A stretch of 64,000 nt of DNA from Nannocystis pusilla (GTDB lineage: Bacteria > Myxococcota_A > Polyangia > Nannocystales > Nannocystaceae). How positions within the stretch are numbered: position 1 is the first letter of the stretch; every line of letters starts with the position of its first letter. The translations under genes and the position numbers were made by a program. The notes beneath the pieces are model-generated. The model was given only the letters and a program-made list of their open reading frames with translations, was not told where the DNA came from and made no database searches. Positions 1 through 12,582 of the stretch are shown here, one piece after another. The DNA lies in assembly GCF_049060185.1 (NCBI RefSeq), contig NZ_JBMEQO010000002.1; one strand, 5' to 3'.

Positions 1-23
1 GCGTTGCCGATCGGAGCGCTGTC

Positions 24-428
24 GTGAGCCGGCTGCACGAGGTCTCGGTCGAGTTCGAGGTCCCGTTCCACGACGTGGACATCCTCAAGATCGTCTGGCA
101 CGGGCATTACTACAAGTACATGGAGTACGGCCGGACCGCGCTGATGCGCTCGCGCGGGCTCGACGTGCCCGACCTGCAGCGCCTCGGTTACGCCTCGCTG
201 CTGGTCGACAGCCACTGCCGCTACACCTGGCCGCTGCGCTACGCCGACCGCGTGCGCGTCGACGCGTGGTTCGTGTCGGTCACGCCGCGGCTGGTGGTGG
301 CCTACCGGATCCGCAACCTGAACCAGGATCGCTGCTCGGCCCGCGGGCAGACGATCCTCGTCACCACCGACCCGGAAGGTCGCCTCTTGCCGGAGACGCC
401 CGATGCGCTGCTCAAGTACCTGGTGTAG
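24..428 (+). CDS. acyl-CoA / 4-hydroxybenzoyl-CoA thioesterase (hotdog fold, YbgC/4HBT family)
   Basis: 134-aa ORF. Motif VEFEVPFHDVDILKIVWHGHYYKYME is typical of 4HBT-type hotdog thioesterases. GTG start at 24, and the frame is open to the window edge, so the gene may start upstream. First gene of a thioesterase-LolA-MMPL-lipoprotein module. Confidence 0.75.
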   Translation: MSRLHEVSVEFEVPFHDVDILKIVWHGHYYKYMEYGRTALMRSRGLDVPDLQRLGYASLLVDSHCRYTWPLRYADRVRVDAWFVSVTPRLVVAYRIRNLNQDRCSARGQTILVTTDPEGRLLPETPDALLKYLV

Positions 429-459
429 CTCGCTGCCGCCCACGATTCGGGGGCTGTCC

Positions 460-1173
460 ATGAGGACAGGTCTCTTCGCACATGTCCTCCTGGTCATGCT
501 CGCCATGACCGGTCCGATCGGCCAGGCGAACGCGGCCGAGCCGCTGCCGATCACCGTGGCCGCGCCGGTGGTCGCCAGCATCACGCTCGACCAGCTGCTC
601 GGGCAGTTCGCCGGGATGAGCGGGCTGCAGGCCAGCTTCCGCGAGGAGAAGCACATGGCGCTGCTGGCCGCGCCGCTCGTCAACGAGGGCACCATCTACT
701 TCGTGCCGAACGGCAAGAGGCCGCGGCTGGCCCGGCACACGGCCAAGCCGGCCCGCTCGGTGGTGGTGATCGACGGCAGCGCGCTCAAGCTGGCCGACGA
801 CGCCGGGCGCGAGGAGATCGCGCTCGACAAGAGCCCGGCGGTGCGGCTGTTCGTCGACTCGTTCGTCAAGATCTTCGCCGGCGACCGCGAGGCGCTGACG
901 ACCATGTACGCGATGGACCTGCAGGCCGAGGGCCAGCGCTGGACGCTGAAGCTGAAGCCGAAGCTGGCGCCGCTCGACAAGCTGATCGAGCGGGTCGAGA
1001 TCGCCGGCGACGGGGTGGTGATCGCTACCATGCGCGTGGTCGAGGTCGGCGGCGACGAGGCCGTGACCACGTTCTCGGCCGTCGACGCCAAGCGCAAGTT
1101 CTCCGCCGAGGAGCTGGGCTCGCTGTTCAGCCTGCCGCCGAAGCCGGCCGCGGCCTCGCCGGCCGCCCGCTGA
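460..1173 (+). CDS. LolA-like outer-membrane lipoprotein carrier protein
   Basis: Signal peptide MRTGLFAHVLLVMLAMTGPIGQANA followed by a roughly 210-aa LolA-like domain. Lies between the thioesterase and the exporter, as in aryl-polyene/xanthomonadin export modules. Confidence 0.6.
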   Translation: MRTGLFAHVLLVMLAMTGPIGQANAAEPLPITVAAPVVASITLDQLLGQFAGMSGLQASFREEKHMALLAAPLVNEGTIYFVPNGKRPRLARHTAKPARSVVVIDGSALKLADDAGREEIALDKSPAVRLFVDSFVKIFAGDREALTTMYAMDLQAEGQRWTLKLKPKLAPLDKLIERVEIAGDGVVIATMRVVEVGGDEAVTTFSAVDAKRKFSAEELGSLFSLPPKPAAASPAAR

Positions 1174-1206
1174 GCGCGGCGCGGCTCTCCGCTGGTCACC
1201 TGTTCC

Positions 1207-3589
1207 ATGGAACCTGCCCGATCAGACAGGCCGAGCGCGTGGCGGGCGGGCCTCGGCGCGGCGCTCGTGGCCGGGCTGGTGGCGTTCTGCGTGCTGCGTC
1301 TGCAGGTGGTCACCGACATCACCGCGTTCATGGCCGACGTCGCCGACCCCAAGCTGGCGGCGCTGTCGCGCGGGATGGCCAGCTCGGAGCTGACGCGCAC
1401 TCTGGTGCTGTCGGTCTCGGACGAGCGCGGCGAGCCGGACGTAGCGATCGCCGGAGCGCAGGCGCTGGCCGACCGGCTGCAGGACCGACCCGAGGTGGCG
1501 TGGCTGCGCACCGGGCCGGGCGAGCTGCACGCCGAGGCGATCCACAACCTCTACTATCCGCGGCGGTTCTACCTCCTGGCCGACGAGGCAGCTGGCCTCC
1601 AGGACAGGTTGTCCGACGACGGCCTGCGCGCGGCGGCCCGCGAGCTGCGGCGCCAGCTCGGCCTGCCGACGTCGGGGTGATCAAGCAGATCGCGCCGGCC
1701 GACCCGCTGCTGGCCTATCCGACCCAGCTGCGCCGGCTGGAGGCGGCCCAGGGCGGCGGAGTGGCGCTGCGCGACGGGCACTTCGTGGCCGACGACCAGC
1801 ACGCGCTGGTGATGCTGGCGACCCGCAGCTCGCCGTTCGACGCCACCGACCAGGCGCCGCTGCAGGCGGCGATCGAGGCGGCGTTCGCCGAGGTCGACGC
1901 CCAGTCGGGCGGGCGCCTGGTGCTCGAGCAGTCGGGCGTGGCCCGCTTCGCCCTCGCGGCCGAGACCAGCATGCGCGAGGACATCGGCCGGATCTCCACG
2001 GTCTCGCTGGTCGGCATCGTCGCGCTGTTCCTGCTGATGTTCCGCTCGCCGCGGCTGGTGCTGCTGTCGCTGGCGCCGCTGGTGGCCGGCGTGGCGGCGG
2101 CGCTGGCGGCCTGCCTGGCGCTGTTCGGCGCGGTCCACGGGCTGACTCTGGCGTTCGGGGCGACGCTGATCGGCGTGTGCATCGACTACTCGGTGCACCT
2201 GTTCAACCACCACATGCTCGACCCGCGCGGCGGGCCGCGCCAGAGCGCGCGGCAGATCTGGCCGGGCCTGCTGCTCGGGGCGCTGACGACCGTGGCGGGC
2301 TTCGCCGGGCTGGCGTGGACCAGCTTCCCCGGGCTGCGCGAGGTGGCGCTGTTCGCCTCGATCGGGGTGCTGGTGGCGGCCCTGGCCACGCGTTACTGGC
2401 TACCTGACCTTTGCCCATGGCCCCAAAGCCAGGTTGGTTGCAGCGGCGGGCCGCGGCCGGGCTGGCGCGGGTGGTCGCGGGGATGCGACGCCGGCGCTCG
2501 GCGGTGGCGGTGCTGCCGGCGGTGGCGCTGGGCCTGTGCGTGGTCGGCCTGCCGCGCATCGAGTGGTCGGACGACGTGCGGCTGCTGACTGCGCTCGACC
2601 CGGGGATGCTGGCCGAGGACGAGCGGGTGCGGGCGCGGGTGTCGCGGATGGACGGCGGGCGCTTCGTGGTCGCGTTCGGGGCCGACGAGGAGGAGGCGCT
2701 GGCCGGCAACGACGCCGCGGCGGTGCGCCTGCGCGCGGCCCAGGCGGCCGGGGAGATCGAGGCGTTCCGCAGCCTGCACGCGCTGGTGTGGTCGGCGGCG
2801 CTGCAGAAGGACAACCAGACGGCGCTGGCCGATCCGAGCCTGCCGGCCCGGCTCGACGCGGCGTTCGTGGCCGAGGGCTTCCGCGCCGGCTCGTTCGCCA
2901 AGTTCTTCGCGGACATGTCCCATGGGCCAGACGTGATGCGGCCGGCCGACCTGGCCGCGACGCCGCTGGCCGAGGCGGCGCGGACGTTCCGGGCCGAGCT
3001 GGAGGGCGGCGAGGTGGCCGTGGTGACGCTCTTGCGCGGGGTCGCGGACGCGACGGCGCTGCAGGCTCGCCTGGCCGATCTGCCGCAGGTGCGCTACTTC
3101 GACCAGCAGGGCATGATGCAGGCGGCGTTCGGCCGCTACCGCGCGCGCACGCTCGAGCTGGTGGTGTTCGGCCTGTTCGCGGTGCTGGCGATGGTGTGGG
3201 TCCGCTACCGCCGGTTCGGCCTGGCGCTGGCGGCGTTCGCCCCGGCCGTGCTGGCGGCCGCGACGGCGCTGTCGCTGGTGGCGCTGTCGGGGGTGACGAT
3301 CGGCATCCTCCACGTGGTCGCGCTGCTGCTGGTGCTCAGCATGGGCGTCGACTACGGGGTGTTCCTGGCCGAGAGTCGGCGCGACCCGGGCGGCTTCGAC
3401 GCGACGGTGCTGAGCGTGCTGCTGGCGTGCCTGTCGACGGTGCTGGCGTTCGGGTTGCTGGCGATGTCGCAGAGCCCGGCGCTGCAGGCGATCGGGGTGA
3501 CCGTCGGGCTCGGGGTGCTGCTCAGCCTGGTGCTGGCCCCGGCGGCCCTGGTGCTGGCCGGCGCGGGCTCGGGGAAGGATCGCGGATGA
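1207..3589 (+). CDS. MMPL/RND-superfamily 'predicted exporter' (two 6-TM halves), requires 2 frameshifts
   Basis: The three ORF fragments 1207-1680, 1674-2400 (within ORF 1239..2588) and 2411-3589 join into an approximately 790-aa protein with two transmembrane blocks (LVGIVALFLLMF..., VLAMVWVRYRRFGLALAAF...) and large periplasmic loops. Frame changes at about 1670 and about 2400. Confidence 0.65.
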
Positions 3590-4226
3590 ACCGGAGAGCA
3601 TGGTCGATAGGTCCTGTCGTCGCGGCCATGCTCCTGGGGGCATGTGCGAAGGGACAGGAGGCCGAGTCGACGCCGCCGCAGCTGTCGGAGGCCGACTACC
3701 CGGGGGCGCTGGCGACGACGCTGACGGGGCCGGACTTCATGGCCCGCCAGCGGCTGCACGGGACGGCCCGCGGGCGCGAGATCGGCGGCGAGGTGGTGCT
3801 GCAGAAGCAGGGCGACGCGCTGACGCTGATCGGGCTGACGCCGTTTTCGACCAAGGCGTTCGTGGCCAAGCAGAAGGGCGCGGAGGTCAAGGTCGACGTG
3901 TTCGCGCCCGAGGGCAAGCTGCCGTTCCCGCCCGCTTCATGCTGCTCGACGTCCATCGGGTGCAGTTCCTCGGGCTGCCGGGGGCGCCGCTGGCCGACGG
4001 GACCCACCGCGGCGAGGTCGGCGAGGAGAAGGTGACCGAGGTGTGGCAGGGCGGGGCGCTGCTCGAGCGCCGCTTCGAGCGCAAGGACGGCAAGCCCGGC
4101 GGGGAGATCGTCGTCACCTACGAGGGCGGGATGAAGGACGGGGCGCTGCCGTCGCGGCTGCGGCTCGTCAACGGGTGGTTCGGCTACGAGATCGCGGTCG
4201 AGACGCTGCAGTGGCAGCCGCTGTGA
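3586..4226 (+). CDS. lipoprotein, DUF3261-like (aryl-polyene module accessory), 1 frameshift
   Basis: ATG at 3586 overlaps the exporter stop (ATGA). Lipobox LLGAC. Frame switch at about 3930. C-terminal part reads ...VTYEGGMKDGALPSRLRLVNGWFGYEIAVETLQWQPL. Confidence 0.45.
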
Positions 4227-4334
4227 GCGCGTAAAAACGGCCATGTCGTGAAGGACATGGCCGAAGAGTCATGTGGCCTGTCGATCGGCGCGCGTGGCCG
4301 GGGGAGCGGCGACGCGCGGCGGCCGGCCGGGGCC

Positions 4335-4694
4335 TCAGCGGCTCTCGAGCTTGAAGCCGGTGAGGCAGCGCTCGCCGCCGTTGCCGGCCTTGTAGGTCGG
4401 CGTGACCTCGACCTGCTTCTTGGCGCGCAGGGCCTCGAACAGCAAATTGATCGAGTTGGCGCTGAGCTCGCGGCCGGGGCACAGCGAGCCGCCCCACTTG
4501 TAGTCGCGCTTTTGCCCGGTCTTCTCCTTGATGGAGACCGAGCCGTTGAACATGGCGTGGTTGTCGCTGCTGCTCTCGTAGAGGGTGACTGCTTCGACGT
4601 TGCCGACCGTGCCGTTGGAGTCGGCGAAGGCGGCGGCGGGGAGCATCAACGCGGTCAGCGCGGCGAGCAGGGACAGACGAGGACGTTGCGACAT
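4335..4694 (-). CDS. small secreted protein (hypothetical)
   Basis: Internal Met of the 225-aa minus-strand ORF gives MSQRPRLSLLAALTALMLPAAAFADS (signal peptide) plus an approximately 95-aa mature domain with two Cys. The tandem palindromic array 4866-5075 lies immediately upstream. Confidence 0.55.
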   Translation of the reverse strand: MSQRPRLSLLAALTALMLPAAAFADSNGTVGNVEAVTLYESSSDNHAMFNGSVSIKEKTGQKRDYKWGGSLCPGRELSANSINLLFEALRAKKQVEVTPTYKAGNGGERCLTGFKLESR

Positions 4695-4865
4695 GTGTGA
4701 TTCTCCTGGGGGTCGGCCCGTGGTGGGCACTCGGACTGCGGGCGCCAGGGTCCTATTTGCGTCCCCGACCTGCAACTCCCAGTGAGCTCTCGATCTGGGC
4801 GAGATCGCGGGCCGAGGGCGCGTCAGCGCCCTGCGGGCAAGCGGCGACAGGGCTGGCCTGGAGAC

Positions 4866-5075
4866 AGAGATGTCTCTCGGGACATGTCGCGCCCGCGCGC
4901 CGGGACACGTGACCGCCGAAGCGGAGCGTGTCTCGGGACAGGTCGGTCGCGTGCAGGGCTCGGGAGACCGGCGGGGACCGAGGGTGTCTCTCGGGACATG
5001 TCGCCCGCGCACGCGGACAGCCGACCGGCCCGTCGACTAAAATGTCTCTCGGGACATGTCGAATGCGACAGTGTC
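4866..5075. repeat. 4 tandem units (56-58 bp period) each carrying the 20-bp element RTGTCTC(TC)GGGACAKGTCG
   Basis: Copies at 4870-4889, 4928-4946, 4984-5003 and 5042-5061. Each is ATGTC-N6-GACAT inverted repeat fused to the palindrome GACATGTC. Flanked by GAGACAgagaTGTCTC and GCGACAgtGTCGC inverted repeats. Confidence 0.85.
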
Positions 5076-5087
5076 GCGAGGGGCAGC

Positions 5088-6007
5088 TCAGCCGCGCGCG
5101 CGCAGGGCCGCGCGGATCTTGGCGAGGGTGTCGTCGAGGCGCGAGGCGGGCACGCTGACGCGCGTCGGCATGCCGCCGCCGAGGCCGAGCAGGGCGACGA
5201 AGTCGAGGCCGCTGGCGAAGCTGGCGGCGATGTTCAGGGTCTGGCCGTCGATGACGACCGCCACGGGGCGCGCTCCTGGCCGAGCAGCAGCAGCTCGGTC
5301 TTGTCGAACGAGCGCGGATTGCCGGGCACGCGCACGAGGGCGACGCCGTCCTCGACGACGTAGGCGCGGGCCAGCGCGGCGGCCTCGGCGGCCATGGCGT
5401 CGAAGTCGGCGGCGGCGGCGGCGATCGCGTCCTGCTCGGCGCCGCGCGGGCGGCCGGCGACCAGCCAGCGGACGATCTTGTTGAGGAGGACGGTGTCCTC
5501 GTAGTGGGCCCGCAGCGCCTTGTCGACGAGGGCGCCGACGGGGCCGACCTCGCCGATCCGGGTGTCGACGGCGCGGGCGTCGGCGTCGGCGCCAGGGTAG
5601 GGCTCGACGCCGCGGAGCAGCCACTTGGCGGCCGAGTAGAGGCCGTCGAGGTCGAAGTGGGCGACGATGGTGTCGACCGGACCTGTCTCTTCGACCATCT
5701 GCGGCGTGATGATCTCGGGGCAGGCGCCGTGCTCGGCCTTGGTGTGGAGCACGAAGCGCGAGTCGCCGCGGAACTGGGCGTGGCGCTCGTGATCGTGGTG
5801 GTCGACCCACCGGGCCAGGCGCGCGCCCAGGCCGGTGAGGAACTTGCCCGTGATCTTCTCGAAGCCGCTGCCGATGCCCTCGGCCGCGAAGGCGACGTCG
5901 AGCACGACCACGCGGCCGCGCAGGTTCGCGGGCTTGGGCAGCCGCCGCGGACTGGCGAACACCAGGTCGATCGCGGCGGCGTCGGCGAGCCTGGACGTGG
6001 CGCTCAC
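5088..6007 (-). CDS. hypothetical protein (possible metal-dependent hydrolase), 1 frameshift
   Basis: N-terminal part in ORF 5234-6007 (MSATSRLADAAAIDLVF...WVDHHDHERH...). C-terminal part in ORF 5088-6125 frame (...VVIDGQTLNIAASFASGLDFVALLGLGGGMPTRVSVPASRLDDTLAKIRAALRARG). Start overlaps the stop of the upstream TPR gene. Confidence 0.4.
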
Positions 6008-6315
6008 CCTTCCAGCGCGGCGCGGGCGGATTCGAGCTCGCCGAGCGCGTGTGCGTCGCCGGCCGCGCGCGCGGCCTGGACGCCCTGATCGAGGACCTGC
6101 AGGGCGCCGTCGCGGTCGCCGGCATCGACCAGGGTGTTGCCGGCCATCAAGTAGGCGGGGACGTACTCGGGGATCTTGGCGATGAGCTCGCGGAACTCGA
6201 CGATCGCCTCGGCGAGCTGCCCGCGGCGCTTCAGCTCCATGGCCAGGCCGTAGCGCGGGAACGCTTCACCTGGCTTTTGGGCCACGAACTGTCGGAGCAT
6301 CGCCAGGCGATCCAC
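6004..6315 (-). CDS. small TPR-repeat protein
   Basis: 103 aa with TPR-like helices (AYLMAGNTLVDAGDRDGALQVLDQGV). Translationally coupled to flanking genes on the minus strand. Confidence 0.5.
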   Translation of the reverse strand: MDRLAMLRQFVAQKPGEAFPRYGLAMELKRRGQLAEAIVEFRELIAKIPEYVPAYLMAGNTLVDAGDRDGALQVLDQGVQAARAAGDAHALGELESARAALEG

Positions 6316-6324
6316 GGCGGGACC

Positions 6325-6885
6325 TCAGGAAGCGGCCTGCTGCTGGCGCATACGCGGCTTGTAGGTCTGCTTGTGCTTCTCGATGTACTCGCCGGCGGCC
6401 GCGTCCTCGACGCCGAGGGCCTTGAGGACCTCGGGGGTCTGGTCGAACACCGGGGTGTCCTGCAGGTGGCCGACGAGCAGCAGGTAGCTGGCGACGTGGG
6501 CCGGCGGGTACTTCTTGAGCAGCTCGGCGACGCCCTCGCGCAGCTTCTCGGGCGGGTTGGTGACGCAGAAATCCTCGTCGGTCTCGCCCATGGTGTGCTT
6601 CACGCCGAGGAAGTCGAGGTAGTCGACCAGCATCTGGCGGTGGTGGCGCATGAGCCACTCGAGCAGGAGCGCGAGCGCGAGGTTGTCGTTGCCGCCGGTC
6701 AGCTCGGTGTCGAAGCGGCGACGCCACGCGCGACGGCGGGCGGCCTGCGTGTACGCGGTCGGCGGGACGTTGACGCTGCAGCCGCCGGCCTTGAGCACCT
6801 CGCGGACTTCCTTGCCGGAGAGCTCGTCGTAGTACGCGTCGATGTGGCCTTGGCCCAGGTGTTGACAGATCTCGATCGGCTTCAC
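6325..6885 (-). CDS. hypothetical protein
   Basis: Protein-like C-terminal 186 aa of ORF 6325-7524 (VKPIEICQHLGQGHIDAYYDELSGKEVREVLKAGG...). GTG start at 6885 preceded by GAAGGAAG RBS. The N-terminal remainder of the long ORF is Ser/Ala/Arg-rich high-GC noise. Confidence 0.4.
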   Translation of the reverse strand: MKPIEICQHLGQGHIDAYYDELSGKEVREVLKAGGCSVNVPPTAYTQAARRRAWRRRFDTELTGGNDNLALALLLEWLMRHHRQMLVDYLDFLGVKHTMGETDEDFCVTNPPEKLREGVAELLKKYPPAHVASYLLLVGHLQDTPVFDQTPEVLKALGVEDAAAGEYIEKHKQTYKPRMRQQQAAS

Positions 6886-7003
6886 AGCGCTTCCTTCGGG
6901 TGGGCGGCACCCTAACCGCCCTGCCGCTTCCGCGCAACCCGGCCGCGCCGGGAACGCCGTCCGGCAGCAGGCCGGCTTTGCCGGGCCGCCCGGGGCGCTA
7001 TGG

Positions 7004-9858
<2,855 letters not shown>

Positions 9859-9884
9859 GCGGGTCGGTGCGCTGCTGGTGCGGA

Positions 9885-10062
9885 TGAAGGGGCATGTCCC
9901 CAAGGGCATGTCTTGATGGGCATGGCTTTTGGGCATGTCTCGAAGCGCATGTGCCAGGCGCTGCTTGATGCGCTGTCTCGGAGGACAGGCGTCGTCGGGC
10001 ATCGTCCATATTAGACATGACCTGGAGGGCATGTCCTTTCGGGCATGTCATGCGAGGCGTGA
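9885..10062. repeat. two 14-bp-phased arrays of GGGCATGTC-type palindromes
   Basis: CATG cores at 9893, 9907, 9921, 9934, 9948 and at 10016, 10030, 10044, 10058. A TGTCTCGGAGGACAGGCGTCG element lies between the two arrays. Upstream of the glycine-rich lipoprotein gene. Confidence 0.85.
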
Positions 10063-10125
10063 CGCGCAGCACGGGCGGTGTTTGCATCGCGGACGGCGCC
10101 GCGCATCCCTGGGGAAGGGGTGGCG

Positions 10126-10974
10126 ATGCAGGGGAGCGGCTCACACATTCGACCCGGGGGCCGGGCCGCGGCGCTCGTGGCGCTGCTCGGCTGCCACGCG
10201 CCCGAGATCGTGGGGCTCGACGGGATGGTGCCGGACGGGGTGCCGGCGTGCGCGGGTCCGGGCGGGCGCGGGTTCGGATTCACGGGCGGGCCGCAGGTGT
10301 TCGTGGTGCCGGAGTGCGTGACGACGCTGTCGGTCGAGCTGTGGGGCGCGCAGGGCGGTCCGAGCCGCTGCGGCATCGACGAGATCCACGGGCTGCCCGA
10401 CGTGCAGATGGACGGCGGTCGCGGCGGCTGGCTGCGCGCCGAGCTGCCGGTGCGACCCGGCGAGGTGCTGCTGGTGCTGGTGGGCGGGCGCGGCGGGATC
10501 GACGGGGCGCCGGGGTGGAACGGAGGCGGGCGCGGCGGCGTGTGGGCCGGCGGCGGTGGCGGCGGCTCGGACATCCGGATCGGTGGCGCGAGCTTGATCG
10601 ATCGCGCGCTGGTGGTGGGCGGCGGAGGTGGCGGCTCGTGCGGCTTTCCGGACCACGGGGCGGGTGGCGATGGCGGGGGGCTCGTCGGCGACGACGGGAT
10701 CGTGGGCGAGGACTTCTGGAGCGCGGGCGGCGGGGGCAAGCAGCACGCAGGGGGCGCAGGCGGCTCGTCGCCCGGCCAGTCGGGCGTGTTCGGGCTCGGC
10801 GGCGGAGCGGCGCGCTATCACGTGGCCGGCGGCGGCGGCGGCTGGTACGGCGGCGGCGGAGCCTTCGGCGCGGGCGGTGGCGGCGGTTCGTCGTACGTCG
10901 GCGTGGCTGCGGACGAGGTGGAGTTCGAGGCGGGAGCGCGCCGCGGCGACGGTGCGGTGCAGATCTACTGGTGA
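10126..10974 (+). CDS. secreted glycine-rich lipoprotein (Gly_rich family, as recalled Pfam PF12810-like)
   Basis: Lipobox ALLGC. Motif FTGGPQVFVVPECVTTLSVELWGAQGG followed by GGRGG / GGGGGS / GGGGGW(Y)GGGG repeats. Pattern matches the eukaryote-expanded 'glycine rich protein' family. Confidence 0.6.
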   Translation: MQGSGSHIRPGGRAAALVALLGCHAPEIVGLDGMVPDGVPACAGPGGRGFGFTGGPQVFVVPECVTTLSVELWGAQGGPSRCGIDEIHGLPDVQMDGGRGGWLRAELPVRPGEVLLVLVGGRGGIDGAPGWNGGGRGGVWAGGGGGGSDIRIGGASLIDRALVVGGGGGGSCGFPDHGAGGDGGGLVGDDGIVGEDFWSAGGGGKQHAGGAGGSSPGQSGVFGLGGGAARYHVAGGGGGWYGGGGAFGAGGGGGSSYVGVAADEVEFEAGARRGDGAVQIYW

Positions 10975-11058
10975 CCCTCGGGCCGCCGGGCGCGACGCGA
11001 GGTCACTGTAGCGAGCGGGGCTGCGTTGCAAAGTCCGCGCTTCGGCCTCGAGGCCGGT

Positions 11059-11290
11059 GTCGGCAGCGGCGATGCTTCGTGGCGGTGTGATTCGTGGCGG
11101 GCGAGCGGCGACCGGCTGCGGGGGCGATGCGTGGCGGTCGGCAGCGGCGATGCTTCGTGGCAGGCGAGCGGCGACGGGCTGCGCTGGCGATGCGTGGCGG
11201 AGGGCGAGCGGCGACGGGCTGCGGCTGCTCCGCGGCGGCGATGAGACGTGGGCGGAGGGCGAGCGGCGAGGAGTCGCGGGTGTGCTTCGG
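11059..11290. repeat. intergenic tandem direct repeat (about 76-bp unit, 2 full plus 2 partial copies)
   Basis: gtcggcagcggcgatgcttcgtggc...gggcgagcggcgacSggctgcg...ggcgatgcgtggcgg is repeated starting at 11059 and 11135. Partial copies at about 11203 and 11251. All three frames are open, which is a GC-repeat artefact. Confidence 0.8.
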
Positions 11291-11533
11291 CGTCGCTCTC
11301 GATGCCGGCGGTAGGGTCGCCGCGGAGGACTGTGGCGATCGCTTTGCGCGGGGATGCGTCGCGGACGGCGATCCGGCGAGGGGTGGTGCGGTGCTTCGAC
11401 GCCGGTAGAGCTATGGTCTTTTGGACATGTCTTGAGGGTCATGTGAATGATCGCGGGTGACTGGCGACACAGGGGTGTTTGCGTGGAGGCCTCGTGAGCA
11501 TCATGCCTACAGGTCGCAGGGGAGGCCGCGCAG

Positions 11534-12570
11534 ATGGTTCTCGAGGGTCGGTGGCGTACGGTGTCGGTGATGCTCGCAATCGTGTCCGGCGGCTGCGACG
11601 AGATCACGGACACTCGCCACTTGCGACCGGTGCCCAGCACGGTCGCCGGTGCCGGGGCGGAGGCCGACGATGCGCTGGCGCTCGAGTGCGAGGCGGAGGC
11701 GCTCGACCTGTGCGAGGCCGAGTGCGTCGATCTCGCGAGAGACGCGCGTCACTGCGGCGGCTGCGGGCGCGTGTGCGCCGGCACGTGCGCGGCGGGCTAC
11801 TGCGAGGCGCAGTGCGGGCCCGGCCAGATCCGCTGCGACGGGCGCTGCGTCGACCGCACGCGCACGACGCCCGACGGGAACGCGCGCCAGTTCGAGTTCA
11901 CCGGCGCGCCGGAGACGTTCGTGGTGCCCGAGTGCGTGTCGCGGCTCACCGTCGAGCTGTGGGGCGCGCAGGGTGGCGGTTCGCGCTGCTGCGACGGGAT
12001 CGATCAGGCGGACGGAGGGCTCGGCGCCTACGTGCGGGCGGAGCTCGAGGTGGAGCCCGGCGAGGCGCTGCAGATCCGCGTCGGCGGGCGCGGCGGGCTC
12101 GAGGGCGCGGCGGGCTACAACGGCGGCGGGCTCGGCGGCGCGTTCGCGGGCGGCGGCGGTGGAGCCAGCGACGTGCGCCAGGGCGGCGGTACGCTCGACG
12201 ACCGGATCTTCGTGGCGGCCGGCGGCGGGGCGGGCAGTGTGGCTGCCCGGACCACGGCGCAGGCGGCCCGGGCGGGCTAGCGATCGGCGGCCCCGGGGTG
12301 GCGCTGCTGCCCGAGTGGCAGGCGGCCGGCGGGGGCACGCAGAGCCACGGCGGGGCCGAGGGCTCGACGCCCGGCGAGGCGGGCGGGTTCGGCGAGGGCG
12401 GGGGCGGCGGGGTCTATCACGTGGCAGGGGGCGGGGGCGGCTGGTTCGGCGGCGGCTCGGCCCACGCGGCGGGCGGGGGCGGCGGGTCGTCGCTCCTCGG
12501 CGCCGACCCGGCCGGCAGCGGACTGCCCGCGGTGCGCGCGGGCGACGGGCTGGTGCGGATCCGCTGGTGA
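11534..12570 (+). CDS. secreted Cys-rich plus glycine-rich protein, paralogue of 10126-10974, 1 frameshift
   Basis: N-terminal Cys-rich module (CEAECVDLARDARHCGGCGRVCAGTCAAGYCEAQCGPGQIRCDGRCV), then FTGAPETFVVPECVSRLTVELWGAQGGGS... and Gly repeats. Frame change at about 12270 (ORF 11534-12280 into ORF 11479-12570). Confidence 0.55.
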
Positions 12571-12582
12571 GCGCGCGAGGTC

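Noticed and set aside
2393-3643. Long minus-strand ORFs antisense to homology-supported genes (2393-3643, 6998-8302, 7543-10032, 10141-11640, 12754-13926, 13845-15560, 20415-21680, 31020-32669, 41586-43133 and others)
   Set aside because: These are typical high-GC shadow ORFs: Arg/Pro/Ala/Gly-rich, no recognisable domains, each opposite a plus-strand gene with clear homology.
4870-5061. The consensus RRRCATGYYY duplicated at short spacing is formally identical to a eukaryotic p53 response element.
   Set aside because: Coincidental resemblance in a bacterial genome with no p53-family protein; noted only as a curiosity.
10011-10739. 242-aa minus-strand Pro-rich ORF (PPPPAL...PPPPPPT...)
   Set aside because: It is the antisense of the glycine-rich lipoprotein gene (GGN codons read as NCC = Pro) and is not a real gene.
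11026-11408. Three overlapping plus-strand ORFs (72-104 aa) across the 76-bp tandem repeat
   Set aside because: All three frames are open only because the repeat is GC-rich and stop-free. The translations are Arg/Gly/Ala low-complexity with no homology.
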